Below are positions 11,870-23,218 of a DNA stretch of 64,000 bases, in pieces; position 1 is the stretch's first letter; each line of letters starts with the position of its first letter. Origin of the DNA: Octopus vulgaris (lineage: Eukaryota); NCBI GenBank assembly GCA_951406725.2, contig OX597814.1, forward strand, positions 35,960,001-36,024,000, given 5' to 3'. Position numbers and translations under genes: made by a program. The notes below the pieces were generated by a model. That model was not told the DNA's origin and searched no databases. It was given only the letters and a program-made list of their open reading frames with translations.

Positions 11870-13308
11870 AAACATTAGAGAAAGAAAATTTGCTGTTTCT
11901 TCCAATAAATACGTCTAAAGCAAAATTTTAATATACTACTGTGTGTACTCATTTTATTTTTTTGCTTGTGTGGGCCCTCAAAACTTTTATTTGGACCCCC
12001 AGGTGTCATGTGGATGCCATTTGAGAACCACTGGTTTAGACTTACTAACAATATAATTTCAACTGAATAAGGAATCCCACAAATTCAGAATTCATTCAAG
12101 CATAGCTTATTTTATAGCACAGTCCAATAATCAACACTGCTCATTCAAATAATAGCTTTTAAAGATCCCCTAAAAATTAGTCAAACCCACTTTTACACCT
12201 CTTCCCCAGATAGAAGACAAAGTTAACTTGAGAAGTCATTTGAAAATGAGTGTAAAAATTTTATTTTTCATAATTTTAACCAGTTATGTTTGAATAAAAC
12301 GCTCTATACAAAATGCATAAGCACACAGATATGCATGTAAAAGAATATGTATTTGTGGCGAGATAAACACGACATATGTTTATAAGACATGTCTACTTAC
12401 ACCTTGATTTCAAAACAATGAAACACCTGCATAAATCTAAACTTTTCTTTCTAAATTTTGCAAAATGTCATTGTAGAAATCAGTTTTTTTGTTATAATAT
12501 AATTACTTTGATCATATGAGTGTAGTTATGAAATCAGGAAAAGTCTTTTTTATATACTATTTTTATTCTTTTATTTCTTGTTTAGTTCCTTAGCCTAATT
12601 TTTTACTTCCTTCCATTCATTCCAAATTTTTTTATGATTGCATAATACAAACATTTTTCTTATAGTTTTTTTTTGCATATTTTACGTAATTAGATAACAT
12701 AAGGTTTTCAACTGTGTTAATCCTAATTATTCTAACAAAGGATCTAAACACTTGCCATCTTCAAAGAAGTGGGGATCCTTGAAACCAGGAAGAAAGTCAA
12801 TAATAAAAAAAAGAAAAAGGAGAAACAAAATCACAACACCTCAAGTTTAAGAGAAGAGAAAAATCACAAAACTAGGTTTCAGCAACAAGAAATCTGATAC
12901 CCATTTTCTTATTGAATTATTTTACAAGGAAGAAATGCATCTAAATATACCTTGTGAAAATACAAATACTTAAAATAATCTGGATCTTTTGTATGGCTTG
13001 TTCCTGAAATTTATCCAACAAATAAAAATTCTTGTTTTGAGAAAGCTATTTATTGAAGACTTTGCATAGGAAAATATTTTAATTACTTCCACAATCTTAT
13101 CTCATTTGATAAATTAAGATTTTCCATTGAAGGTATAATGAGAAGACCACACGAAAATTCCAGAGAAGACAGCTTGCAGCCAATAAACAGAAAATGGATA
13201 TGATGGCATAGTAAAATGAGAATATTTTAGCTGTCATGGTAGTGGATTTTGATATTTCTCATTCCCTGTTTGTAGGGAGCAAGACAGTCAACAAAATGAT
13301 CTTGGCAC

Positions 13309-13370
<62 letters not shown>

Positions 13371-13954
13371 TGTATGTACAAATGTTTAATCCAGTAAGTG
13401 TAGTTAAGCTTCATGCTTTAAAAGTTTGAGATTTTAAGGTAAGGTAAAATATGCTAAGAAACATTACATAAGAGATATAACCTTCTCAATCAATCATGCA
13501 CATACATACACTCCCAATATTATGTTATATATACATATAAACAGAAGAATTGATGCATGGATGGAGAGATAGACATACTGACAAAAGAAACAGATTTTTC
13601 TTTTTATGAGAAGAAATAATACATAGGTATTAACTAAGATGAAAATAAGAGAATAAAACTAAACAAGAGAAGAGAACATAAAATGGAGAGAGAGAGAATG
13701 AAATGTAGATTAAGATGCACAAAGAGATAATGATATAGGTATGAGAGGCGGGTGCCTCTACAATAAAATTTGAAAGAAAGATTGTAAATGTTCAACGAAA
13801 CTACTTATAAAGGAAAGAGATGGAGAGAGGTTTAGAGAGATGACATGCTGAAAAAAAAATAATAAAAAGAAGGTAAACAGCAAAAAGAGAAGAACTGAGC
13901 ATGATAAAAAAAAAACTGTCTAAAAAAAATGTAATATTATATAACTAGAATTAC

Positions 13955-13991
13955 GAAGTGTTAAGGAAATCCATTTAGAAGTAGTTCCATC
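13955..13991 (-). CDS. Candidate 37-nt coding microexon DGTTSKWISLTL(P), probably N-terminal region of a long-form cAMP phosphodiesterase 4 (dunce orthologue)
   Basis: Acceptor ttttaccaatttcattcag, donor gtaatt, open phase-0 frame. The peptide matches my recollection of TTSKWISLTLP upstream of UCR1 in molluscan PDE4; not verified by search. Confidence 0.55.
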
Positions 13992-14042
13992 CTGAATGAA
14001 ATTGGTAAAATGAAACATGTAACAAATAAAACAAAATAACAG

Positions 14043-14054
14043 TGATGGTAATAG

Positions 14055-14089
<35 letters not shown>

Positions 14090-14819
14090 GTGGTGTTGAT
14101 GGTGGTGGTGGTGGTGGTGGTGGTGGTGGTGGTGGTGTTCACACATTCTTTACAAACACATAACTGCCCTAAAACAAAACAAGAAAGTCCAGGTTAGAAA
14201 GAAAAAAAAAAAATTAGAAAACAAAACTATCTATGGCTTATTGCGTTATCATCAGCCAAGAATGCTATGCTTAATTCAATGTGGCAAATGAGGAGGAATG
14301 CTAATACATGCAGCTCCATCATTATCATACTACTACAACTACTACTACTGCTGCTGCTGCTGCGACAACGATGACGACAATGATTGCAATGACAATGAAG
14401 ACCAGCACCACCACCACTACCACCACCACCACTACTACTACTGCTACTACTACTACTACTACTACTACTATGACCACCATCACAAATACTATGACCACCA
14501 CACAATACCACCAGACCACCACCATCACCACCAATATGACAACCACCACCACCACAATGATGATGACAATTACCACTGCTGCTGCTGCCACCAATACAAC
14601 CACTACCACCACCACCACTACTAGTACTATGACCACCATTACAACTACTATGACCACCAGACTACCACTATCACCACCAATATGACAACCACCACCACCA
14701 CCACCACCATGATGATGACAATTACCACTGCTGCTGCCACCACTACAACCACCACCACCACCACCACCACCACCACCACCACCACCACCACCACCACCAC
14801 CACCACCACTACTGCTGCT
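14043..14819. repeat. Compound trinucleotide microsatellite field (GAT/GGT; CTA/CTG/CCA) with internal duplication
   Basis: Runs of tga, tgg, cta, cca; the block atatgacaaccaccacc...gacaattaccactgctgctgccacca occurs twice (~14534 and ~14680). Confidence 0.9.
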
Positions 14820-15177
14820 CAGTATTCTGAACATAACATTCTGTGTGTGTGTCATATTTTGATTCTTGCCTGTTATTGGAACCCTTATATATTTTATAAT
14901 GAAGTATGATATGCCCGTGGGGGAGGGGTGAAAACCTGTATTAGAGATCCAGTGTTATGGCTCTATTATATCATTCATATTGTGCTATATCATTTCTCTT
15001 TCATTTTATTTTTTGTGATAGCATTCTAGCTTTGTTATGTTTCTGGAGTAGAGGTAATTGTTTAATGTTCAATGTAAACCCTAGGAGGAAAATTTAAACC
15101 CACTTAGAATGAACTATTCTACATTATATGGATACAAAAATCATTTTCTCTCTTTTCTCACTACTTGCAGATATATA

Positions 15178-15460
15178 TCATCATCATTATCATCATTGTT
15201 TAACATCTGCTTTCCATGCTGGCATGGGTTGGATGGTTTGACTGAGGACTCGCAAACCAGGAGGCTGTACCAGGCTCCAATCTGATCTGGCAAGGTTTCT
15301 ACACCTAGATGCCCTTCCTAATGCCAACCACTCTGAGAGTGTAGTGGGTGCTTTTTACGCGCTACTGGCATGGGAGTCAGTCAGGTGGCACTGGCATTGA
15401 CTATGCCCAAATGGTGCTTTGTACATGCCACTGGCATGAGAGCCTGTCAGGCAGCACTGA
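15178..15460 (-). mobile_element. SINE family A copy
   Basis: Same tail and internal units as 8014-8608, reverse orientation. Confidence 0.85.
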
Positions 15461-15476
15461 TATATATATAAATGTG

Positions 15477-15969
15477 ACCTTTTAAAGCCTAGCCAGGCTC
15501 ATGGGCCTGGTTTCCCGGTTTCCATGGCATATGTGTTCCCCAGCTGGATGGGACACCAGTCCATTGCAGCGTTACTCATTTTTGCCAGCTGAGTGGACTG
15601 GAGCAACGTGAAATGAAGTGCTTTGCTCAAGAACACAATGCATCGCCCAATCCAGGAATTGAAACCACAATTTTACGATCATGGTGCTGACACCCTAACC
15701 ACTAAGCCACATGGCTTCACAAATAAATGAGCCTTTTATAAAGCCTAGCCAGGCTCATGGGCCTGGTTTCCATGGTGTATGTGTTCCCCAGTTGGACAGG
15801 ATGCTAGTCCATTGCAGCGTTACTCATTTTTGCCAGCTGAGTGGACTGGAGCAATGTGAAATGAAGTGCTTTGCTCAAAAACACAACGCGTCGCCTGGTC
15901 CAGGAATCAAAACCCCAATCTTATGATCATGATGCTGACTCCCTAACTACTATGCCATGTGCCTCCACA
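15477..15969 (-). mobile_element. Two tandem copies of tRNA-derived SINE family C (~15477-15722 and ~15733-15969)
   Basis: Each runs from aagcctagccaggctcatgggcc to ccctaac(c/t)acta..gcca on +, with A-box and B-box-like motifs on the minus strand. Confidence 0.88.
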
Positions 15970-16269
15970 TATATATACATATATATATATAAATATATGT
16001 ATATATATATATACATATATATATTTATATATATGTTTTGTAGACAACTTGCAAAACAGTTTCTCTCACATTGATCTGCAATCCCTCGACACCTGACATA
16101 TGGTACATCATACACCTGTTCAGACAATGTCAATTTGATGGAGATAGTCAGCTAATGTGTGGCATGAACAGTTGGTCACTATAAGTAAATCATTTGTTCA
16201 CGTTGTTCGGCAATAGTTGAAAGCTCATATGTCATCTTCAGTAGGAGAGTCCATCACATATATGTTTAG

Positions 16270-16368
16270 AGAAAGTAGCGTTTACCTGTGGGAAATGTAC
16301 AGGAGTTATAAAGACCACAGGTACATGGGAAGCTGATTTCCTTAAATGTCTCTGTGGCTCTATGGAAG
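16270..16368 (+). mobile_element. Small RTE-type LINE fragment
   Basis: Translates FTCGKCTGVIKTTGTWEADFLKCLCGSME, resembling the C-terminal part of the Cys-rich insert in 17223-17820. Confidence 0.5.
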
Positions 16369-17110
16369 TTACTCTTTTACTTGTTTCAGTCATTTGACTG
16401 TGGCCATGCTGGAGCACCATCTTTAGTTGAGCAAATTGACCCCAGGACTTATTCTTTGGATACTTAGTTTGGATGCTTCAAAATGGTTTTTAAGAATTCT
16501 AAAACAATACACGAAAATTCTTCAGAAATTAATATTGAGAATTCATCTTCCACAGTTTGTTGTTCCAAGATTATTTTCAAATACATAAGCAGAAGAATTC
16601 TCTTCTGTAATTCCTTTAATTAAATAAGCATTAAACTTTTCCAAGTGCATTCTTCACAGTTTCTACTAACAATTCCTTCAGCTTCAAATTGCTTTCTCTG
16701 GATTACAAAGTCTGGTCGGTCATATAGTTCTTGGTGTACATTATACTCTACAATAACTTCAAACTAAATTGGATTGAGGGTGAATAAAATAACAGATCTA
16801 GCTTCCCAAAGCAGCGTATAGCTTAAATTGAGATCTGTTTCATAACATCTAGGGCCCCAATGTTAGAGGATGAAAGCAAAGCAGAGCTACATGTAGGACC
16901 CTTTGGAATGCCATATGAACTTGGTTCATCACACGTTCATATTCAGTTTTTAGTTTGTTGCTACAACATTCAGAATTGGTTCAATTAATTTTTCCAATAT
17001 ACTTGTAATATATGCACTATTTTGAAAAATGTAAGTTTGATTTAAATTTGCTGATAAGATAAACTTAATTGGTTATGAGAATTAGTGATGACACATACAT
17101 GTGAGTGTAT

Positions 17111-17172
<62 letters not shown>

Positions 17173-17222
17173 GTGTGTGTATACGTGTATATATACACAC
17201 ACGCACATATCTATATACATAT

Positions 17223-17822
17223 ATGTGGCCCTGCTCAATATGTAGGAAACGAATGGGAAGTAATTCCATTCATTGCACCCAGTGTAAGCTATGGACACAC
17301 AAGAGGTACAGTAGAATCACAGGTAGATCAACAGATAAGGTCGTCTTTGTATAAGCACTACGAGCACACATGACTTTGATTCTCTCAAATCCTCAGGAGA
17401 CTCCCTTGAGGTTGTAGTTAGTTTCTGTTACTTAGTTGACCGAATTAGCAATGGTGGAGGATGTTCTGAAAATATTGTTTAGGATAGAGGAAGTTCAAAA
17501 CCAGTTATCTCTGTTGGCAACAAACGAACTCTTTGTGCCTCTCATAATGAATGGTAGATTGTATGATGCTTGTGTACAAACGGCTATGCTCTATGGTAGT
17601 GAGACATGGGCTCTGAATGCAGGAGACATGCATAGACTAGAGAGAAATGATGGCAGTATGCCCTGTTGTATGTGTAACATCAGTGCACTTGTACAACAAA
17701 GTGCAAATGTATTGAGAGAAAAGTTGGGCATAAGAGGAATCAAATGTAGAATGCAAGAGAGAAGACTACGTTGGTTCAGACATGTGATGTGTATGAATGA
17801 AGACAGCTGTATAAAGAGATAA
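17223..17822 (+). mobile_element. RTE-clade LINE fragment (PHD-like Cys cluster and RT thumb region)
   Basis: [68 protein letters not shown]; frameshifted. Confidence 0.85.
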
Positions 17823-17999
17823 TTAATAATTAGTTATTAATTAAAAATTTGACATCATCTCTGACAGCTGTTTCGATTCCAGACCTCTAGAAATCAATTA
17901 TCGTAATCAAAACCATTTAAAACCACATATATGTATGTGTGTGTGTGTGTGTGTGTCTGTCTGTATGTATGTATATGTGTGTGTGTGTGTGTGTGTGTA

Positions 18000-18330
18000 T
18001 CATCAGCATCAGCATCATTTCATGTCCATTTTCCTTGTTGGCTTTAGCTGGATGGCTTGACCAGAACTGGTAAGGCCTGGAGCTGCACCAGGTTCTGTAG
18101 TCTGTTTAAATTTGGTTTCTATGGCTGGATGCCCTTCCTAATGCCAACCACTCCACAAAGTGTACTGGGTGCTTTTTATGGTGCACCATTACAGGTGGTT
18201 TTTTAAGTGACACCAGCACCAGTGCTTTTTATGTGACACCTTGGTTTTAGGGTCTCAATTCTGGTGTGATGGGTAAGTTTTCTCAAATACAGCAATGCAC
18301 CACATATCTCAGTCCTCTGCCATCTCCTTC
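18000..18330 (-). mobile_element. SINE family A variant
   Basis: ggctggatgcccttcctaatgccaaccac core and degenerate (CAT)n tail. Confidence 0.75.
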
Positions 18331-18739
18331 ATGTGTGTGTACGTGAATATAATTTATGCATGTCCACAAATTAGCATGCATGTTGCTCCAATTTTAGGAG
18401 GACATTTGTTATGATCTTAGCTGTATTTTTGTCAACTTATTTTTCCCAGAGGCACCAGTGAATAACAGTAAAAATAAATTTTCAACCAAAACTTTAAGCA
18501 ATTTTCAAGTCAGAGAAATCACCATTGTTTGCAAACAGGAGTTAAGTCCCCTTCTATCAATGAGTAAGTTTTTAAGACTTTTGTTGTTTTTTTTCCATCG
18601 AGGAGAAAAGTGTTTTGTTGATATATGGGAAACACACACACATGAACATGTATGTATACAAAAAACATATATACAATAGGTGTACGTACATACATGTGTG
18701 TGTGTGTGTGTTGCCCATATATATATATATATATATATA

Positions 18740-18875
18740 TACATAAACCAATTTCAATGGATTTCACCCAAATTTGACGTCGATGTTACTTAGTTTTTAG
18801 TTTTGTTTGAAATAATGAACTTGATTAACTTAATTATCTAACTTAATCCCAGGCAAAGCCGGGTTATACTGCTAG
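18740..18875 (+). mobile_element. 3' end of a non-autonomous Helitron
   Basis: Hairpin ccc(a)ggc-aaa-gccggg at 18848-18863 followed after 8 nt by CTAG (18872-18875) and T. Confidence 0.65.
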
Positions 18876-20279
18876 TTATCTCTATTTAGGGTGGGGAATT
18901 ATTAAACTCCTTAGAGATGAAATATGTTTTGCAATATTTTGCTTGGCACTTGCTATTCTTACTTCAAATCTCGCTATGGTAAACTTTGCTTTTCATTCTC
19001 CTGAGGTCAATAAAATAAAGTATAAGTTAGTTGATTTCAGGCCCTTACCTGTACCAGAAGTAGTTTTTAACCTAACTATCAATATAGAGAAAGTGTATTT
19101 GTCATGTAAATATTTTGTGTACTTTCATAACCAATCTAATTTGATATAACTTTAACTTATCATTACAGTTAGTTAAGTGAGGTTGGATATTGTTAAATTA
19201 GTGTACCATAAAAATATACACAGTGTGTGTTCTCGATAATATACCACTGTAGGCTCTTTTGACCGAATTAAAAAAACTTTTCTTCCGAAGAGTTTATAAT
19301 TATTTGTTACTTCATTAAAGCAAAAAATATACTGCAAAAGAATATGAAGATTTATTTTTAAAGGTTTTTTTTTTCCTTGTTATTTTTTAACATAATTTTT
19401 TACATGGGATTGATGCAGGCAATTTCAGTTTACAACATAATTGAGCTCAAAAAAAAGATGGCAGGGCTTTCTTTAGAGTTTATATTTGTCTACTTTTTTG
19501 AAGCCAAGCCTACTTGTGTTCAGTGATTTCTGTGTTTTAATTTGGTATGTTTCCTCAAGCTAGAATTATGTAGACATCCCTGTATTGTAAACTTTTATCT
19601 GATTTTATTAACAGTTCTCTCATAATTGGAAAGTGGAACACTAATGATAGCAGACAATATAATAAACGTTAAAAGTGGCTCATGTGAAAGAATAATAATG
19701 TAGTAGGCAACTAACACAACATCTGTAATCAGCTGTAGTACACGAGAAAGCATAAAAGACCACTAATAATTGTGCAAACTAAATTTAATTTCAAAAGGCT
19801 CAAAATATAGAAATTAAAGAATTTGAAATTAAATATAATGTACGAATACCATATCACAGCAGTATTTGATCATTAAGTCAGCATATTGATCTAATTAAAG
19901 TTATAGAAGAGTATAGGAAAGTTTATATGGAATGGTACTTGTAGAAGTTAAGTCACATCAAACAAAATGCATGAATTTCATGAAGAAATTTATCACTTGG
20001 CTTTGAGCACGAAGTTGATTTCAGAAAACATTTGGGATAGATGGAGCAAATAATATCAGTGGGTAACAAAATTCAGTGATTTTGAGGTTCTGGAATATGA
20101 ACCCAAATATTACATTTGTAAAAGGTACATGCTACAGTTTGGCTTTCTGCTTGCCACAAAGCTTTTCCTTGCTTGCCTTCTAATCCAAGTTTCCCAATAT
20201 CAGAAAATTACAAATTAATTTAGCTCTAGTGCCCATCATCAAGTTGATTACAAAATGAAAAACAAACACTTGTTTCATA

Positions 20280-22265
20280 ATGATAGGAACGTATGCTACT
20301 AAAAATTTGTTATTTGAAGCTAGCACAATATGTCGGTCAATTAAAGGGAGATGTTTATATTTAATCTTGCTGAAATGGTGAGGTGTCTAAAGGTGTATAT
20401 TAAACTTACATGGTACATTATTCTAAATAATATGCGTCATTATTATTCTAATATTATTCATTATTATTCTAAATAATATGAACTCAGTAAATTTTGCTTT
20501 TGTAAATGCAATTTCATGCTTCAAGTTCCAACCTTGAACTATATGAAGGTTTTGTGATATTAAGAAATTAGCAAACACAAGGTGTGTTAAATTTATTTCC
20601 AGTAATTAAAAGATCTAAGCTCTAGCTCTTGGAGTAATGTCATAAGCATCTTTCATCTTGGAAAAAGTTGAGTATTTATTTGGAGCATCCAAACTAAAAC
20701 AATGAAATAACATGAAGTTGCAAGCATATGATTGATGTCCTTTTTATGGAAAATGTTGTTCAGCATTACATCAAATTGGAAATCCAAATGATGGAGGCTT
20801 CTCAGGTCTAATAAAAGTTTGACTCCCTAGTGCATGTACTAGGGGAGTATTCTGGAAAAAAGGTGAATTCTTTAAAATTTACTAGCTATCTCCCCAGTCA
20901 CAAAATGAGTTAATCTCAGAATGTATTCACTTTGGGAAGAAACATTTTTTATTACAAAGAAAGTTTACAAAATATTTTTCTGTTATTTTGAATGTAACTC
21001 CATACTTTTTCACATTGAGTAGACAAGATTTCTGTTGTGGTATTTCAATTAAAAAAAAACAAAAACTTTAGACATGTGATGCAATAACGATCTCTCAAGT
21101 TTACATTTTGCAGCAATAAACTCGTGATTGCTCATGTAACCTTGGGCATCTTGGATGAGCAGGCCATTCCTCTGAAAGATGCAGGGCACAAACACATGAC
21201 AAGTTGCAACACCCCAATACTTATGTTGAGACCTTGGCAACCAACCAATATATTTGAGCAGTTTCCAGTAGCAAACTTTTCCTCATGTGGCTGCAATGCT
21301 ATAATTTGTGTTGAAATGACACAGCTGAAGGCATACTGGAAGCCACAATATATTTTAAAACAGTTGAAATAATTTATACTTTGTATAGCTTCAGTCCTAA
21401 ATAATAGAAATTACTTTAAAATTGCATATGTTGTTCTCTATAAGACATGTCAAAAACCAGTTAGTCTGACAGACATGAACATATCAAACGTTTTGCATCT
21501 CACTTCATAAGAATTTCGTTAGCATTGCAAAATCATTTAGTGTTTAACTTAACAGCTTGGACAGTTTTTTTTTCTTTTAATATTGGCTGTCTTCAATTAA
21601 TAATCACAACAAAGTCATTCAACTAGGTGTCACAAAATATGTGGAGGTATCTAATTTTGAAATTCTCAATGAAGATTCAATGAAGTTACAGAACAATTGG
21701 AAAAGTGTCTGGAATGAACCCATATTGGTAGCACCAGATCTTCTGATGAAAATCAAACTTTTCTATGGGGTGGGGTGAGTCAAAAGAGAAGAGGGCGCAA
21801 CTTCAAAACACTTGATATCAATCAGGCTGAAAAGACCAACACAAACCTACTTTTGAGTATCTGTGTTTTATGTTGTGAGTATGAGAATAAAGCAGAAAGA
21901 TTTTTATCCTACTGTATAAACTGATAAAGATTTTGGAAGAGAGATGCAATATTTTCTGTTTGTATAGAAAGCATATTTCAGAAAACCAGAATGGGAAACT
22001 TTGGAACTGTCAAATTATATGAACTGATATCGAACAATTATGTTAATTTGAGTAAATTGACAATTCCAGCTGGAGAAAATCAGCAGAAATATCTTTTAAT
22101 AGACTCAATCATATTTAAACCCATTTAAAGTTTACAAGTGTACCAAAATTAAAATATGACTTGTTGGAGTAGGGCAAAGTAATGAAAGAAGCAATACCAG
22201 AAAAAATGCTTTTGATAGTGTTAATAGAAATTTTGCAGATTAAAGAGTAAGTTAGAAAAGCTCAT
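20280..22265 (+). pseudogene. Heavily decayed hAT transposase (ZMYM1/Tip100-like, DUF4371 type)
   Basis: Remnants QIGNPNDGGFSGLI, SQNELISEC, KYFSVILNVTPYFSH, YFKTVEIIYTLYSFSPK..CSL*DMSKTS*SDR, NKVIQ..VEVSNFE..MKLQNNWKSVWNE in the expected order. Confidence 0.7.
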
Positions 22266-22278
22266 TTTGTTAGTTGCT

Positions 22279-22280
<2 letters not shown>

Positions 22281-22314
<34 letters not shown>

Positions 22315-22546
22315 GTTTAGCGTCCGTTTTCCATGCTAGCATAGGTTGGACGGTTCAACTGGGGTCTGTGAAGCCGGAAGGCTTCATCAGGCCTAGTCAG
22401 ATCTGGCAGTGTTTCTACAGCTGGATGCCCTTCCTAACGCCAACCACTCTGTGAGTGTAGTGGGTGCTTTTTACATGCCACCTGCACAGGTGCCAGACAG
22501 AGCTGGCAAATGGCCACGAACGGATGGTGCTTTTTACGTGCCACCG
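22281..22546 (-). mobile_element. Young SINE family A copy with 6-bp TSD
   Basis: TGCTTT at 22275-22280 and 22547-22552; nearly identical to 28806-29070 and 62968-63160. Confidence 0.9.
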
Positions 22547-23218
22547 TGCTTTGTTTTTAAATATATTGTTATCTGGTTATTCTAATGCACAAAGTATTTA
22601 CAAATGTTGTCTAATAAACATATTCAGATAACCTCATATTGACCAACGTGTTCAGTTATACTTTATTATATACACTTAACGCTATCTATTTTGTCCATAT
22701 GTTATTATTGTCGTATTTTTCCACAAGGCAAATAAAATTCTAACTCCAAAATTTCATGTTGTATTATTCTTTATTGAAAAGGTTTAATAAAGCAACTAAA
22801 CAAATCTAAATTATCCATGCTCTTTCTCCACCCCTGCAGTCTTGTTTCAACTTCTAAATTTCTCTAGGAGACCCTGGGATTCTCTGAACTCACTAAATAT
22901 TCTACCATCTTATTATATTTATCAACAAGTGTGCTTCTCATGTTGTTACATTTGTTCATTTGTTTTGCAAACTTGTGTTTGCAAAACTAAATCATAACTG
23001 TCTATACTTGAGAATGCAAATGCTTTTAATTACTATCTTTCTTGTTTATCGTTTCTTTCATGATTTTCTTGTGTGTATTAGAAGGTTAAATTACTACTTT
23101 ATTTCAAAAGGACATATTTAGTTTTATTTCCATTTTCTATACTTTTTTTCTCATACTAATCCTCTTATTTGGATCTCTTGTTTACTTACAAAGAATTGAG
23201 TAATAATCCAGATAGGTG

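Noticed and set aside
14227-14909. Mucin-like Thr-rich, His-rich or Gly/Val-rich ORFs
   Set aside because: Trinucleotide repeats are open in several frames on both strands; no splice or homology support.
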